Shown: positions 1 through 9,077 of the stretch, piece by piece
How positions within the stretch are numbered: the first letter of the stretch is position 1
Layout: each line of letters opens with the position of its first letter
Notes under the pieces: model-generated
Told to the model about the DNA's origin: nothing
What the model saw: the letters and a program-made list of their open reading frames with translations, nothing else
The model's database searches: none
Position numbers and translations under genes: made by a program
Source: a virus
Lineage: Duplodnaviria; Heunggongvirae; Uroviricota; Caudoviricetes
Length of the DNA: 64,000 nucleotides
Direction: 5' to 3' (one strand)
Virus record (IMG/VR): IMGVR_UViG_3300014205_000193

Positions 1-247
1 ACCTATAACCTCATTATCAAACACATCAAGCCCGGTAGGGTAAAAATTAGGAGGTTTAATACCTGATGCACTGCCGCCAACCGCATTGTATTTTTTAATA
101 AGTTTAGCTTGAGCTGCCAGTTTTCTGATCAATAGGTCATTAACTGCTTTTGATACAGGGGCAGCAGGTGTTTCAGCGGTATTTGGGGCTGTTTCTGTTT
201 TAATTTCTTTTACAATTTCTTTTACAATTTCTTTTTTCTTAGCCATA
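1..247 (-). CDS. hypothetical protein, partial (N-terminal part in window), Lys/Glu-rich with KEIVKEI tandem repeat
   Basis: Minus-strand ORF starts at ATG (revcomp 245-247) and runs off the window edge. N-terminus reads MAKKKEIVKEIVKEIKTET...; there is a tandem 15-nt repeat at 205-235. Confidence 0.35.
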
Positions 248-261
248 AACGATAACCCTTT

Positions 262-294
262 CAAAAGTACCGGCAGGGAGGTTATCCCTGCCGG
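262..294 (-). terminator. rho-independent terminator after gene 301-1611
   Basis: Perfect 9-bp inverted repeat CCGGCAGGG / CCCTGCCGG (270-294) with a 7-nt loop. On the minus strand it is followed by TTTT (revcomp of 262-267). Confidence 0.6.
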
Positions 295-300
295 GATGTA

Positions 301-1611
301 TTACCACAGATCCTTCGGACGAGGAGGCAGTGTCGAACCCGTACCAGGAGCACCCGCAGCACTATCACTTACTGGAGGCACAGGAGGGGGTGTGAATGTA
401 GGTACAGGGCTACCTGTGTTATTGGCCTGGTCTGGACGCACAGGCGGAACCTTCTCGGCCATAGGTGTACCCGCTGCTACAAATGGGGTAACCGCAGGAC
501 CTGGCTGTGGCGGAGGCGCAAACGTCGGAGGAGTAAAGGTAGGAGCCTGATTCACTGCCGGTGCAGCCGCTTGTGGAGGCACAGGAGGTGGTGTGAATGT
601 AGGCGGAGGTACTGGAGGAGGATTATTATTCTCCACGGTATAATGGGCATCAACTGCCTGACTTTGGCCAGGAGCACCCATTGCTCCGGGAAGAGCTACA
701 TGCTGGTTTTGATTAGGCATTGGTGCCCCGAGTGCCGCCAAATCTTGCTGATTAGGCAGGGCACAATTTACACCAGAATTTCTTGCAAAATCCTGTAGTG
801 CCATGAGGTCTTCCATGCGGTTGAAGAACATGAAAATGCCAGGATTATTCTTCTCACGACGACCGAGGTCAATTGGGTGTGCCTGGAGGAACTCCAATAC
901 CTTTTCTGAGGATATCGGTTTATCAAGATCCTCAAGTTCAAAGGGACATGCATTTATCACTTCAAGATCTTCAGCGGAGAAGAACTGCTCGGCATTTGGG
1001 AATGGGTTTTTAGCCTGGTCCAGATATCCCACATGAACTAGCCCAGCAGTTTTGAGAGTGGCAGGATGTACATTGAGAATATAATCGGGACGATTAGTTT
1101 TAGGATTGTGCCGCTTTAAAAGTGTACAATCATACATGAATGGCAGTCCGTACATTAAGTAATCAGGCTTGGTTGGGTCCTTAGTCATTTTGATCTGATT
1201 TATTGCATCATGCACAGACCAGTTAGCTTCCATAACTTCTACTGTAGGGGCCTGACCCTGTGTACGAAAAATACATGCATAGTCAAAACGGTCTGACTTT
1301 CTCAGCATGGATCTTGCTGTCTTTGGATCAGCACCAACACGCTCCAGGTGCTTCGCTTTCAGCATCTTATCAATCTCAGCCAGCTTATCCAGTGCATTAG
1401 CCTGGTCACGTTCTACGGTCACACCTCTCCATGTGGCCTTCATTACGCCAGTGGTTGCATCCATTTCCGTAGTTGGCCACATGTGGAAATGTCGGTGCAT
1501 GGGACCGTTTACAATTCGGAATTGCCACGTGTCGTTCATGTTTAGGTCTTTCATTCTTCTACGCTTCTGGAATTTTCCAGCGTCAACTACTTGATTGGAA
1601 CCGATCTTCAT
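301..1611 (-). CDS. hypothetical protein with C-terminal proline-rich tandem repeats (TFTPPPVPP x3)
   Basis: 436-aa ORF with an AAGGAG RBS 8 nt upstream of the ATG. Its N-terminus MKIGSNQV...KF...RM.DL is shared with the next gene (paralog). The C-terminal ~150 aa are Pro/Ala/Thr low-complexity with direct nucleotide repeats at 372-404 and 575-607. Confidence 0.6.
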   Translation of the reverse strand: MKIGSNQVVDAGKFQKRRRMKDLNMNDTWQFRIVNGPMHRHFHMWPTTEMDATTGVMKATWRGVTVERDQANALDKLAEIDKMLKAKHLERVGADPKTARSMLRKSDRFDYACIFRTQGQAPTVEVMEANWSVHDAINQIKMTKDPTKPDYLMYGLPFMYDCTLLKRHNPKTNRPDYILNVHPATLKTAGLVHVGYLDQAKNPFPNAEQFFSAEDLEVINACPFELEDLDKPISSEKVLEFLQAHPIDLGRREKNNPGIFMFFNRMEDLMALQDFARNSGVNCALPNQQDLAALGAPMPNQNQHVALPGAMGAPGQSQAVDAHYTVENNNPPPVPPPTFTPPPVPPQAAAPAVNQAPTFTPPTFAPPPQPGPAVTPFVAAGTPMAEKVPPVRPDQANNTGSPVPTFTPPPVPPVSDSAAGAPGTGSTLPPRPKDLW

Positions 1612-1647
1612 ACTATCTCCTTGTTAGGTGTTAATGTAATTATCATA

Positions 1648-2382
1648 TTAAAATTGATTTCCACTACTCATTGTATGTTCTGTGTTATCTGATGACATTT
1701 TTAAAATTGATTGTAAATGCATTGCTCGCTCTTTAAGAGTATCTCTAAATTCTAGGTATAGTTTTTCATTGTCCTCCCATTCATCTACCATATCGGTATA
1801 TTTTTCATATTCTGCTGGATATTTACGTATAACCCAGTCTTCCAGGTCTTGCGCTGTAATTTGGCCTATTTCTTTTCGCAGATTATAATTTTTATCTGCA
1901 ATACGTTCAGCTCTTATCTGCTGTCTTGCTTCTTCGCGCTTTTCAACTAACCAAGACTGAAGGATCTTCTTGTGCCACCTACACTCGCGGTGTGCAGCAT
2001 CATAGGCACAGTAGCAGGTTAGTTTATATGATGCGCAATTATCCAGTGTATTCTTTAGATATTCTGTAGAATGTTTTGTTAAATCTTCTGTTGTATTTAG
2101 TCCTAATAGTTGATCGAGTAGCACTTGAAATTTACTGTTATTTAGTATGAGTTCAAACTTAAATAATTCTGTAGGTATAGTGGAGGATGTAGGTCCGTCA
2201 GCCGCTGTTACTCCTTTAAAGGTTAACCTATGCACCGCGTCCTGATCATCCCAGGCAGGATTCCAAATTTCACCGTTACGCATTGCCGTCTTGGCCGCAA
2301 CATAATCAGCAGGTGCGAGATCCACCATGCGTTTTACGTTGATAAACTTTTTAGTATCGACTTGAGCGCTTCCTATTTTCAC
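1648..2382 (-). CDS. hypothetical protein, paralog of the 301-1611 N-terminal domain (GTG start)
   Basis: 244-aa ORF with AAGGAGATA RBS followed by a GTG start. N-terminus MKIGSAQVDTKKF..KRMVDL aligns with the gene downstream. Confidence 0.5.
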   Translation of the reverse strand: MKIGSAQVDTKKFINVKRMVDLAPADYVAAKTAMRNGEIWNPAWDDQDAVHRLTFKGVTAADGPTSSTIPTELFKFELILNNSKFQVLLDQLLGLNTTEDLTKHSTEYLKNTLDNCASYKLTCYCAYDAAHRECRWHKKILQSWLVEKREEARQQIRAERIADKNYNLRKEIGQITAQDLEDWVIRKYPAEYEKYTDMVDEWEDNEKLYLEFRDTLKERAMHLQSILKMSSDNTEHTMSSGNQF

Positions 2383-2391
2383 AATATCTCC

Positions 2392-3399
2392 TTACATTCT
2401 CATAATACTTACAGCTTGCGACAATAATCTGCCATAGTCTGCCGCAGTCTGTTTATACTTTACAAAAAAATCAACATTGTCTTCTTTCGGTTGCATAAAT
2501 GGTGGCCATTTAATAATAAATGCAGAGCCATGTTCTTTCCAGATTGCCCGTCCTACTTCTATAGCCGCATTTAATCCGGGACCATCGTTATCATAGGCGA
2601 GGTATGTAGTTTTACTACGAAAAAACTTACTGAACTCATCAGACCATGTGTTAGCGCCAAAGGTCTGTGTCACAGCATTAATTCCATTTTGCCTACAAAT
2701 CATCATATCGAACTCACCCTCTACAATAACAACTACCGGGTTTGGTTTTATTACAGCTTCCCAGGGGAAGAGTTGGTTCTTAGCATACTCAGTACTCCAT
2801 TTTTTATGGAATTTTAGATTAGCTAACTTGCCTGTAATATCAGGTATAGGGATAGTTACCGTACCCTGTATGAAACCTAGGCGCCATTTCCTAATAGACT
2901 CTTCGGTTAACCCTCGATCACGTTGTAGTAGCTGTAGAGCATAAGGCTGCTGAAATAACCAATCATGGGCAGTTTGCGCACGACGAGCATCAACTAATAG
3001 GGTTAATTCTGCCGTTTCTTTTTTATGCTCTTGACTATTTTCATACTCTTCTATCTGTTCAATATGCTCTGCATTTGTTATCGTATTAGGAAGATCTACC
3101 TCTATTTTGCCAGATGGCAGGGTACGAATAATAAAGTTGGAAGCATTACCTGTACTTCCACATGCCATACATTTATACCCTCCTGATAGTATATTAACAC
3201 GTAGATTGGGTGTTGTTTTATCTACATGAAAAGGGCATAGTGCTACATACCATGGATACTTAGACTCCACCAATTGATTAGGCAACACACGATTGTAAAA
3301 CTCTAAATAGTTATACTTAGGTCGCCAACCATCAGGATGTTGTGTGGTTTCTATATTGTTAAAGCCTATCCGCACACTATTTTCCTTTGTTATTACCAT
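2392..3399 (-). CDS. DNA primase (CHC2 zinc finger + TOPRIM)
   Basis: CHC2 zinc-finger motif CPFHVDKTPN...YKCMACGSTGN, and TOPRIM motif VVVIVEGEFDMMICRQNGINAV (E..D acidic pair). Confidence 0.8.
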   Translation of the reverse strand: MVITKENSVRIGFNNIETTQHPDGWRPKYNYLEFYNRVLPNQLVESKYPWYVALCPFHVDKTTPNLRVNILSGGYKCMACGSTGNASNFIIRTLPSGKIEVDLPNTITNAEHIEQIEEYENSQEHKKETAELTLLVDARRAQTAHDWLFQQPYALQLLQRDRGLTEESIRKWRLGFIQGTVTIPIPDITGKLANLKFHKKWSTEYAKNQLFPWEAVIKPNPVVVIVEGEFDMMICRQNGINAVTQTFGANTWSDEFSKFFRSKTTYLAYDNDGPGLNAAIEVGRAIWKEHGSAFIIKWPPFMQPKEDNVDFFVKYKQTAADYGRLLSQAVSIMRM

Positions 3400-5653
3400 A
3401 CTGCCTCTTAAGATATTCTATGGGACCTACAAGCGCTATTTGTGTTGCAGCATACTTAACTTTTTCCCATTTAGCAGCAGATAGTATTGGCATTAATGAA
3501 TTCTGCGCAGCTACTAAATCCTTACAAGAAAATACTCTTCGACTCATAATCTGCTCCGCTGTTTTCTTACCTATACTTGGTAACATCACCAGCTCCAGAC
3601 CCTTATCCAAACCGTGTTTAAGACGGTAAGGCAATTCATAAAAGACATTTACATGTTTAGCCTCAGAGAAATAGTCTCCCATATTATGCAGTGCACCTAT
3701 GGCCGCGCAGATGCGGTCCCCATCAATGCGATACCCGGACATCATACCTATATACTCACCGTTACGAGGTATTTTGTTGGTCAACATACAGAACAAGGTG
3801 AAGCAACTTCTATCTGCCCCTCCAGATATTGGTCTACGTAAATTATCCAAATAGTAAGTAAGTTCATGATCGGGATTGCTGGTGGCATATGTCTTCTTAT
3901 TAGTCGCAGTATATCCCAACGCCCAGGCTATATCTTCTATAGACGGGGCTGTATCTCCTATAGTAATATCTCTAAAATTCTTAGCCCAGGATGCAACATC
4001 AAACGGGTTGAAGTAGAACCAGGAGGCTATCTTTCCTATGGGAGTGGCACTGACTGATTTACCATCTGGACCAGCTTTTATAGCACCACATTGTAGTAAT
4101 GCGCGTAAAACGTCTTTAATTAAATCTTGAACGTCATCAGTCTCCCCAAAAAGATGCTGATGGTGCGACAGGGTACGAGAGAACCAAGCACAAGCCGTGG
4201 ACACATCATAAACCGCACGCTCTGTGATTTCCGATATCATATGAAATGCAACTGCATCTGTGTTAGCTATCTTAGATTGCACCGGTTCTATTTTCTTACA
4301 AAATTCAATATCATTTTTTGTAATTCTAGGATCGGCAATACACCTTCTGATAAGTACATGAACATCTCCCTTAATGTCTATACCTACTCGACCACTTCGA
4401 CCGCCCATCTGGTGAATATCGAGAGATTCCACCATCTCAATGCCTCGGTGAAGGCCTACAATGATAACTCTACGAGCCGGCATATTAATTCCCCATGCAA
4501 GTGTAGACGTTGATACCAGCACTCGTAGTGAGTCCGATTCTCGGCTACGGAAAGAGGCCTCTATTTTTGCTCGTTTTTCTTTAGCAGCATCGGCGTTGTG
4601 AAATTCTACAGTAATACCTTTACCATTAAGCAGCTCCACTACACTCCTACCTGTTTTTTTAGCATGCACAAATACAATGAACTTGTCATTTGGGTATTGT
4701 CTTAAAATCTCAAGCACTTTTTCTATCTTTGCAAACTCATTATACCTGTATGCTCCACGACTGTTGCTCCATTCAAATTCTTCCCAGTGCCAATCAAGAG
4801 CAACCGGTCGATAATCACTCTTAATGATGGATGTGGGTTTCCCATTCAATTTGGTCAGCCAACCACCCAGGTCATCAACATTAGGCATAGTGGCACTGAG
4901 GAACACGATCCTACAATTAGGATTTACTTTTGTAAATTTAAGCAACGCCACTTCCAAATTTGGTCCGCGAGATCCTGTGGTGAGCAAGTGGCTCTCATCA
5001 ACAACCAGTACTCGTATGTTATTGATCCAGAGATTCTTCTCCGCTTCATTTCTTCGTATACGGCTGCCCAGCATCTCACTAGACATGGCGATAATATCTG
5101 CCTGTGCCAACTCACTTTTACGTTCTTCCGTTAGTATATAATCTCCAGTAAGAATGGATATATTGTACTGGGAAAACCAATGCTGAGGACTAGTCCAATC
5201 TTGCTCTTTTTCTGTAGCTAGCGCTTTAAGTGGGCTAATATATGCAGCTGTAGCGTAAGGTTGATATTTTCGCATCTCTCCTAGAGAATACGCGATAACC
5301 ATCTCCGCGATAGTAGTTTTACCCGATGAGGTTCTTCCTGATACTACAACATTAGTATCCTTTTCAACTTCTGGTCTAAACTGTGTCTGTAACGGGTTGA
5401 ACCATTCACAGTTAAATTTCATGTGCGGAAAATCAGCAGTACGAGAACATTCCTCTTCTTTTGCGAAAGGTGGTAGTCCCCGGTACTTTATAGGTACTTC
5501 TGGCACCGGTTTATATTGTCGGGCTTGAGGCATTACAGAACTCATAAACAGAGAGTCATAGCTTTCAGGTTCATCAAAGACCTGAACTTCAGTGTGATTG
5601 TGGCTGCCTATTTTCATATTTGTAAATATACCTTTCTTAATATTTAAAGTCAA
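3377..5653 (-). CDS. Ski2/Hel308-like superfamily-2 helicase
   Basis: Walker A VVSGRTSSGKTTIAE, DExH box VLVVDESHLL, and motif III LSATMPN typical of Ski2-like helicases. The true start may be the internal MKIGS Met at about 5617. Confidence 0.8.
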   Translation of the reverse strand: MTLNIKKGIFTNMKIGSHNHTEVQVFDEPESYDSLFMSSVMPQARQYKPVPEVPIKYRGLPPFAKEEECSRTADFPHMKFNCEWFNPLQTQFRPEVEKDTNVVVSGRTSSGKTTIAEMVIAYSLGEMRKYQPYATAAYISPLKALATEKEQDWTSPQHWFSQYNISILTGDYILTEERKSELAQADIIAMSSEMLGSRIRRNEAEKNLWINNIRVLVVDESHLLTTGSRGPNLEVALLKFTKVNPNCRIVFLSATMPNVDDLGGWLTKLNGKPTSIIKSDYRPVALDWHWEEFEWSNSRGAYRYNEFAKIEKVLEILRQYPNDKFIVFVHAKKTGRSVVELLNGKGITVEFHNADAAKEKRAKIEASFRSRESDSLRVLVSTSTLAWGINMPARRVIIVGLHRGIEMVESLDIHQMGGRSGRVGIDIKGDVHVLIRRCIADPRITKNDIEFCKKIEPVQSKIANTDAVAFHMISEITERAVYDVSTACAWFSRTLSHHQHLFGETDDVQDLIKDVLRALLQCGAIKAGPDGKSVSATPIGKIASWFYFNPFDVASWAKNFRDITIGDTAPSIEDIAWALGYTATNKKTYATSNPDHELTYYLDNLRRPISGGADRSCFTLFCMLTNKIPRNGEYIGMMSGYRIDGDRICAAIGALHNMGDYFSEAKHVNVFYELPYRLKHGLDKGLELVMLPSIGKKTAEQIMSRRVFSCKDLVAAQNSLMPILSAAKWEKVKYAATQIALVGPIEYLKRQYGNNKGK

Positions 5654-5670
5654 CGAAAAAATAAAGATTA

Positions 5671-7041
5671 TTATGTACCGGCTTCACCTGCTGTCGCAAA
5701 ACTCTTTACACCGATAGGGTGTATAGACAAGGTTTGCTTATCCGTAATTCCAAATTCATATGTAATACCGGCATTACCATCACGCTGTTTAGCTATAATA
5801 ACCTCTAGTATATTATCCTCCAGGGCATTATTGTAGTAACCTTCTCGATACAGTAACAGCACTAAATCTGCATCTTGTTCGAAGTTTCCACAATCGCGTA
5901 AATCAGATATGACGGGTCTTTTATCTTTCCTACTCTCTGTACCTCGATTAACTTGAACTAGTAGACATATATGTACATTCTCATCTTGTGCAATTTTTTC
6001 AATTTCATTAAGTTTAGTTGACATTGTCCCTGCGCGATCTCGTGCAACATTAACGTCATCCAGGCGGTCGAATAAGTCAATAAACACAACTTGAGGAGTG
6101 AAGCCACTGCGCCTAGCCCGTCGTATGGACGCTAATACTCCAGGAACTGTTATACCCCTAGTTGGTACACAAGCATAGTTCCAGTTGTTAGCTATATGTT
6201 CTGTACTCATTTTAATTTTTTTAAATATATCTGCGCCTGGCTCAGCCTCATGAATACGGGTCATTGCCCGTAAGTGCGCCCCCGTTAGAATTGCATCCAT
6301 GCGGTCATGCTCACTATCGAATCCCTGTTCTGGGCATATGTTTACGATCCCTATTTTATTCCTGCCCATATTAGCCATCAAATTAGTTTTAAAGAAACTT
6401 TTACCCATAGAGGTACGCCCAGCAATGATTGATATCTTAGTAGGCGCGTAGCCAGGCCCCAAATGCTTATCAAAATCTGACCATCCACTGTATACGGGCT
6501 TAATACCACGTCGCTGCACCAAGCCTGCATGTCTTCTGGGTAATAACGCGTCAGACATAATTACTTCGATCTTAGCATGACCTTTGATCCCAATACCGAG
6601 CAAGGACTCTTCTGTTTCTGCTACAACAGTAGTGATGTCTGCTGTTTTGTCTATTGCTCTAGTATACCCTTCATATAACTTCATAATGGTTTGCCGACGA
6701 ATATTGAGTTTATCCAATTTGTCAAATACGTAATCTAGCGTGGGTCTGTTGGTTATATCACTTGTACCCAACTGTTCTAAGTACGTAGCTAAGGAAGTGC
6801 TGGTTTTACCCTTTGCTTGCATAATTGCGATGACTTCTTTGTAAGTGACATGCCCCTTGCCCGCCGTCATGGCATACTCTTTGGCAGCATCGAATATGTC
6901 TCGTAAATACGGATCAAAAAATAAAGCAGATTCACCCCTATTAGTTATATCATCTACGTTACTATCTCGCAGTAGATGCTGGAGGATTGTTACTTCAGAA
7001 TCCTGACATTGGTGTTCACTGACATCTGGGTACGGTATCAT
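5671..7041 (-). CDS. DnaB-family replicative DNA helicase
   Basis: Walker A IIAGRTSMGKSFF and the DnaB C-terminal signature VQVNRGTESRKDKRPVISDLRDCGNFEQDADLVLLLYRE. Confidence 0.85.
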   Translation of the reverse strand: MIPYPDVSEHQCQDSEVTILQHLLRDSNVDDITNRGESALFFDPYLRDIFDAAKEYAMTAGKGHVTYKEVIAIMQAKGKTSTSLATYLEQLGTSDITNRPTLDYVFDKLDKLNIRRQTIMKLYEGYTRAIDKTADITTVVAETEESLLGIGIKGHAKIEVIMSDALLPRRHAGLVQRRGIKPVYSGWSDFDKHLGPGYAPTKISIIAGRTSMGKSFFKTNLMANMGRNKIGIVNICPEQGFDSEHDRMDAILTGAHLRAMTRIHEAEPGADIFKKIKMSTEHIANNWNYACVPTRGITVPGVLASIRRARRSGFTPQVVFIDLFDRLDDVNVARDRAGTMSTKLNEIEKIAQDENVHICLLVQVNRGTESRKDKRPVISDLRDCGNFEQDADLVLLLYREGYYNNALEDNILEVIIAKQRDGNAGITYEFGITDKQTLSIHPIGVKSFATAGEAGT

Positions 7042-7060
7042 TTATATAGTATCCCCATTA

Positions 7061-7891
7061 TTACACAATTTGTTCTATTTCTGCATTATCAAGCCGTAAA
7101 CCTTCACAGGTGTTTTCCATTTTAGAAAATAGCATTGGTTCACGGCCTTCTGCCCAGCCCCAGTCCACCAACGGTCTTTTAGAGGATATCAGTATAGGGC
7201 GTAGATACCAGTATCTTTCTTCTAGTATGGCTATCAAACGGTCAGTATATCCATCAGTAAATTTCTCAGAACCAAAATCATCTATGATTAGTAAATCGCA
7301 AGTGAGTGCTCGCTGAAAATAAGGATGACCTTCTACTCTCGTATCTAACACAATGTTCTCAGCAAACATAGTTCCCGTGGTTAATATAAAGTTAGAATAT
7401 ATTTTGTGCCGCTCTACCAGTGCCCGAACGATGCACCATAAAGCACTGGTGCGTCCGATCTGTCGTTCACCTGAATATAGATATAACCCATTCTTTTTAG
7501 CCCTCGGAAAGGATTGAATAAAATCCACTATGGAGGACATGGCCTTGGGTTGTATCCTTGTCAACTCTTCTAACTTAATATTAGCGAATGCCGGGGGTAT
7601 CGATAGCTGGCGTTGCACGCTGGCTGCCGCAGATTCAAGTAACATAGTTTTCTTTATGGGACAGTTTTTCTGTGTAAACTTACCTGTATGTATCTCATGC
7701 TCAGTCTTCCATTCCGCTTTTAACCCTGCACAGGTGTGGCATCGCAATTCCTCACACATTATATCTCGTTGGTACAGGGAATAGTATCTGGCCACATTCT
7801 CCACCGTCATGGCAGTGAGGTTATTTTTTTGCAGCCACTGCACAAATTTTGCTTCTTGATAATATGCAGCAAGAAAGTCAATATCGCTCAT
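7061..7891 (-). CDS. DnaC/IstB-like AAA+ helicase loader
   Basis: P-loop YLYSGERQIGRTSAL, Walker B CDLLIIDDFGSE, and an N-terminal Cys cluster. It sits immediately downstream of the DnaB-like gene. Confidence 0.7.
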   Translation of the reverse strand: MSDIDFLAAYYQEAKFVQWLQKNNLTAMTVENVARYYSLYQRDIMCEELRCHTCAGLKAEWKTEHEIHTGKFTQKNCPIKKTMLLESAAASVQRQLSIPPAFANIKLEELTRIQPKAMSSIVDFIQSFPRAKKNGLYLYSGERQIGRTSALWCIVRALVERHKIYSNFILTTGTMFAENIVLDTRVEGHPYFQRALTCDLLIIDDFGSEKFTDGYTDRLIAILEERYWYLRPILISSKRPLVDWGWAEGREPMLFSKMENTCEGLRLDNAEIEQIV

Positions 7892-7909
7892 GTTGTTCCT
7901 CAGTGTTAT

Positions 7910-8698
7910 TCATGCGGCTTCTTCTTTCAATGGACGTTCTCCGGTAACTACTTTTAAGCCTTGGGCGTTAAGTTTGCCATCAGCTTTGAAATAGTGATTT
8001 AAGGATGGATTTGGAAAACCTGGCATAACACCCAGACGCACTTTAAGTTCGGAGGTGAGCCGACGCAAACCATCGTCGTTCCTTCGGCCTTCTGAAAGGT
8101 CCACCGTAATTACCTCCGCCTTACCGCCACCTATCGCGTGTAAATAGTCGTCTAAGTTGTCATGTTTGGCTAACTCTACCACCAGGGTTTTAGCTGTTTT
8201 AATCTTTTTTAGTAATGTTTGGTTAATGAGGTCTAAAGTATATAGGTATCTAAAAGGACCGATGCTGTATGCTTTGGGGTACATGTGATAGATGTGATCT
8301 ACCACTTTTATAGCTTCGGGGTTATCTTTCAATACCGCCAACTGCTGTTCAATGAACAAGAGGAATTCTTTAAAAATAGGAGTTGCCCCATCTTTATTCT
8401 CTTTATACCCCACTAAAGCCATGGGTCTCCGTTTAAGGTATCCTTTATCAAACCGAGCCAGCCAATCAACATACACACCATAAGGAATATTCCGCTCATG
8501 CATTAACTGTGCTATGCGTAAGATGCCCGCCCGGAGGCCGCCTTGAATCCTATTCCAGGGATATTCAGGTGGAAACTTGGCGTTCAGCATTGCCCACAAC
8601 GGATGCATCGTCCCGGCATTATCCGGGTCTTTACTACCGATACGGCTAGAGGTGGCAGTTGGTTTATCTGCTATTTGTTTGAGTATTTTAAATGTCAT
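7910..8698 (-). CDS. hypothetical protein (replisome-organiser candidate by position only)
   Basis: 262-aa ORF directly upstream of the loader gene in the same operon. I recognise no motif. Confidence 0.4.
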   Translation of the reverse strand: MTFKILKQIADKPTATSSRIGSKDPDNAGTMHPLWAMLNAKFPPEYPWNRIQGGLRAGILRIAQLMHERNIPYGVYVDWLARFDKGYLKRRPMALVGYKENKDGATPIFKEFLLFIEQQLAVLKDNPEAIKVVDHIYHMYPKAYSIGPFRYLYTLDLINQTLLKKIKTAKTLVVELAKHDNLDDYLHAIGGGKAEVITVDLSEGRRNDDGLRRLTSELKVRLGVMPGFPNPSLNHYFKADGKLNAQGLKVVTGERPLKEEAA

Positions 8699-8774
8699 TG
8701 TTTGATACCGATTAATATACGCAATGCAATACTAATTTGCAACATTTATTTTTTTATTGTGAAAATCGCAATAC

Positions 8775-8963
8775 CTAGTGGTGCCGCGATCCCCGGCCCA
8801 CAGCACGCAGTGGTTGCTGATCTCCCATCCGAATAAGCAGCTGTCCGGCACTTACACTGATGGCGATCAGCTTCGGTTTCTTCCACCGCAGCGGCCAGTT
8901 GCTCGGCTGTGTTTCGGTGAAGATAGTAGATCCTGCTGTTACGTTACCTGTTACTGTTTTCAT
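8775..8963 (-). CDS. small hypothetical protein
   Basis: 62-aa ORF with AAGGAG RBS 7 nt upstream of the ATG. It lies in the GC-rich island. Confidence 0.3.
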   Translation of the reverse strand: MKTVTGNVTAGSTIFTETQPSNWPLRWKKPKLIAISVSAGQLLIRMGDQQPLRAVGRGSRHH

Positions 8964-9077
8964 TACTTAACTCCTTACCTTGTACACGTAGTTTCCCTTC
9001 CCCTGGTCTTAAAAAACCAAAGGGTAAACCCTTATTATATCTTCGATACTTAAGAAGAAGACAGGCGCGGAAGCAGT

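Noticed and set aside
205-235. Tandem repeat gaaattgtaaaagaaatt x2 as a possible CRISPR or iteron
   Set aside because: It has only two units, with no spacer architecture, and lies within a coding sequence (KEIVKEIVKEI). It is a coding repeat.
296-1036. Plus-strand ORFs 296-550, 571-798 and 803-1036
   Set aside because: They lie antisense within the well-supported minus-strand gene 301-1611. The Gly/Arg-rich translations are the mirror of its Pro-rich repeat, so they are shadow ORFs.
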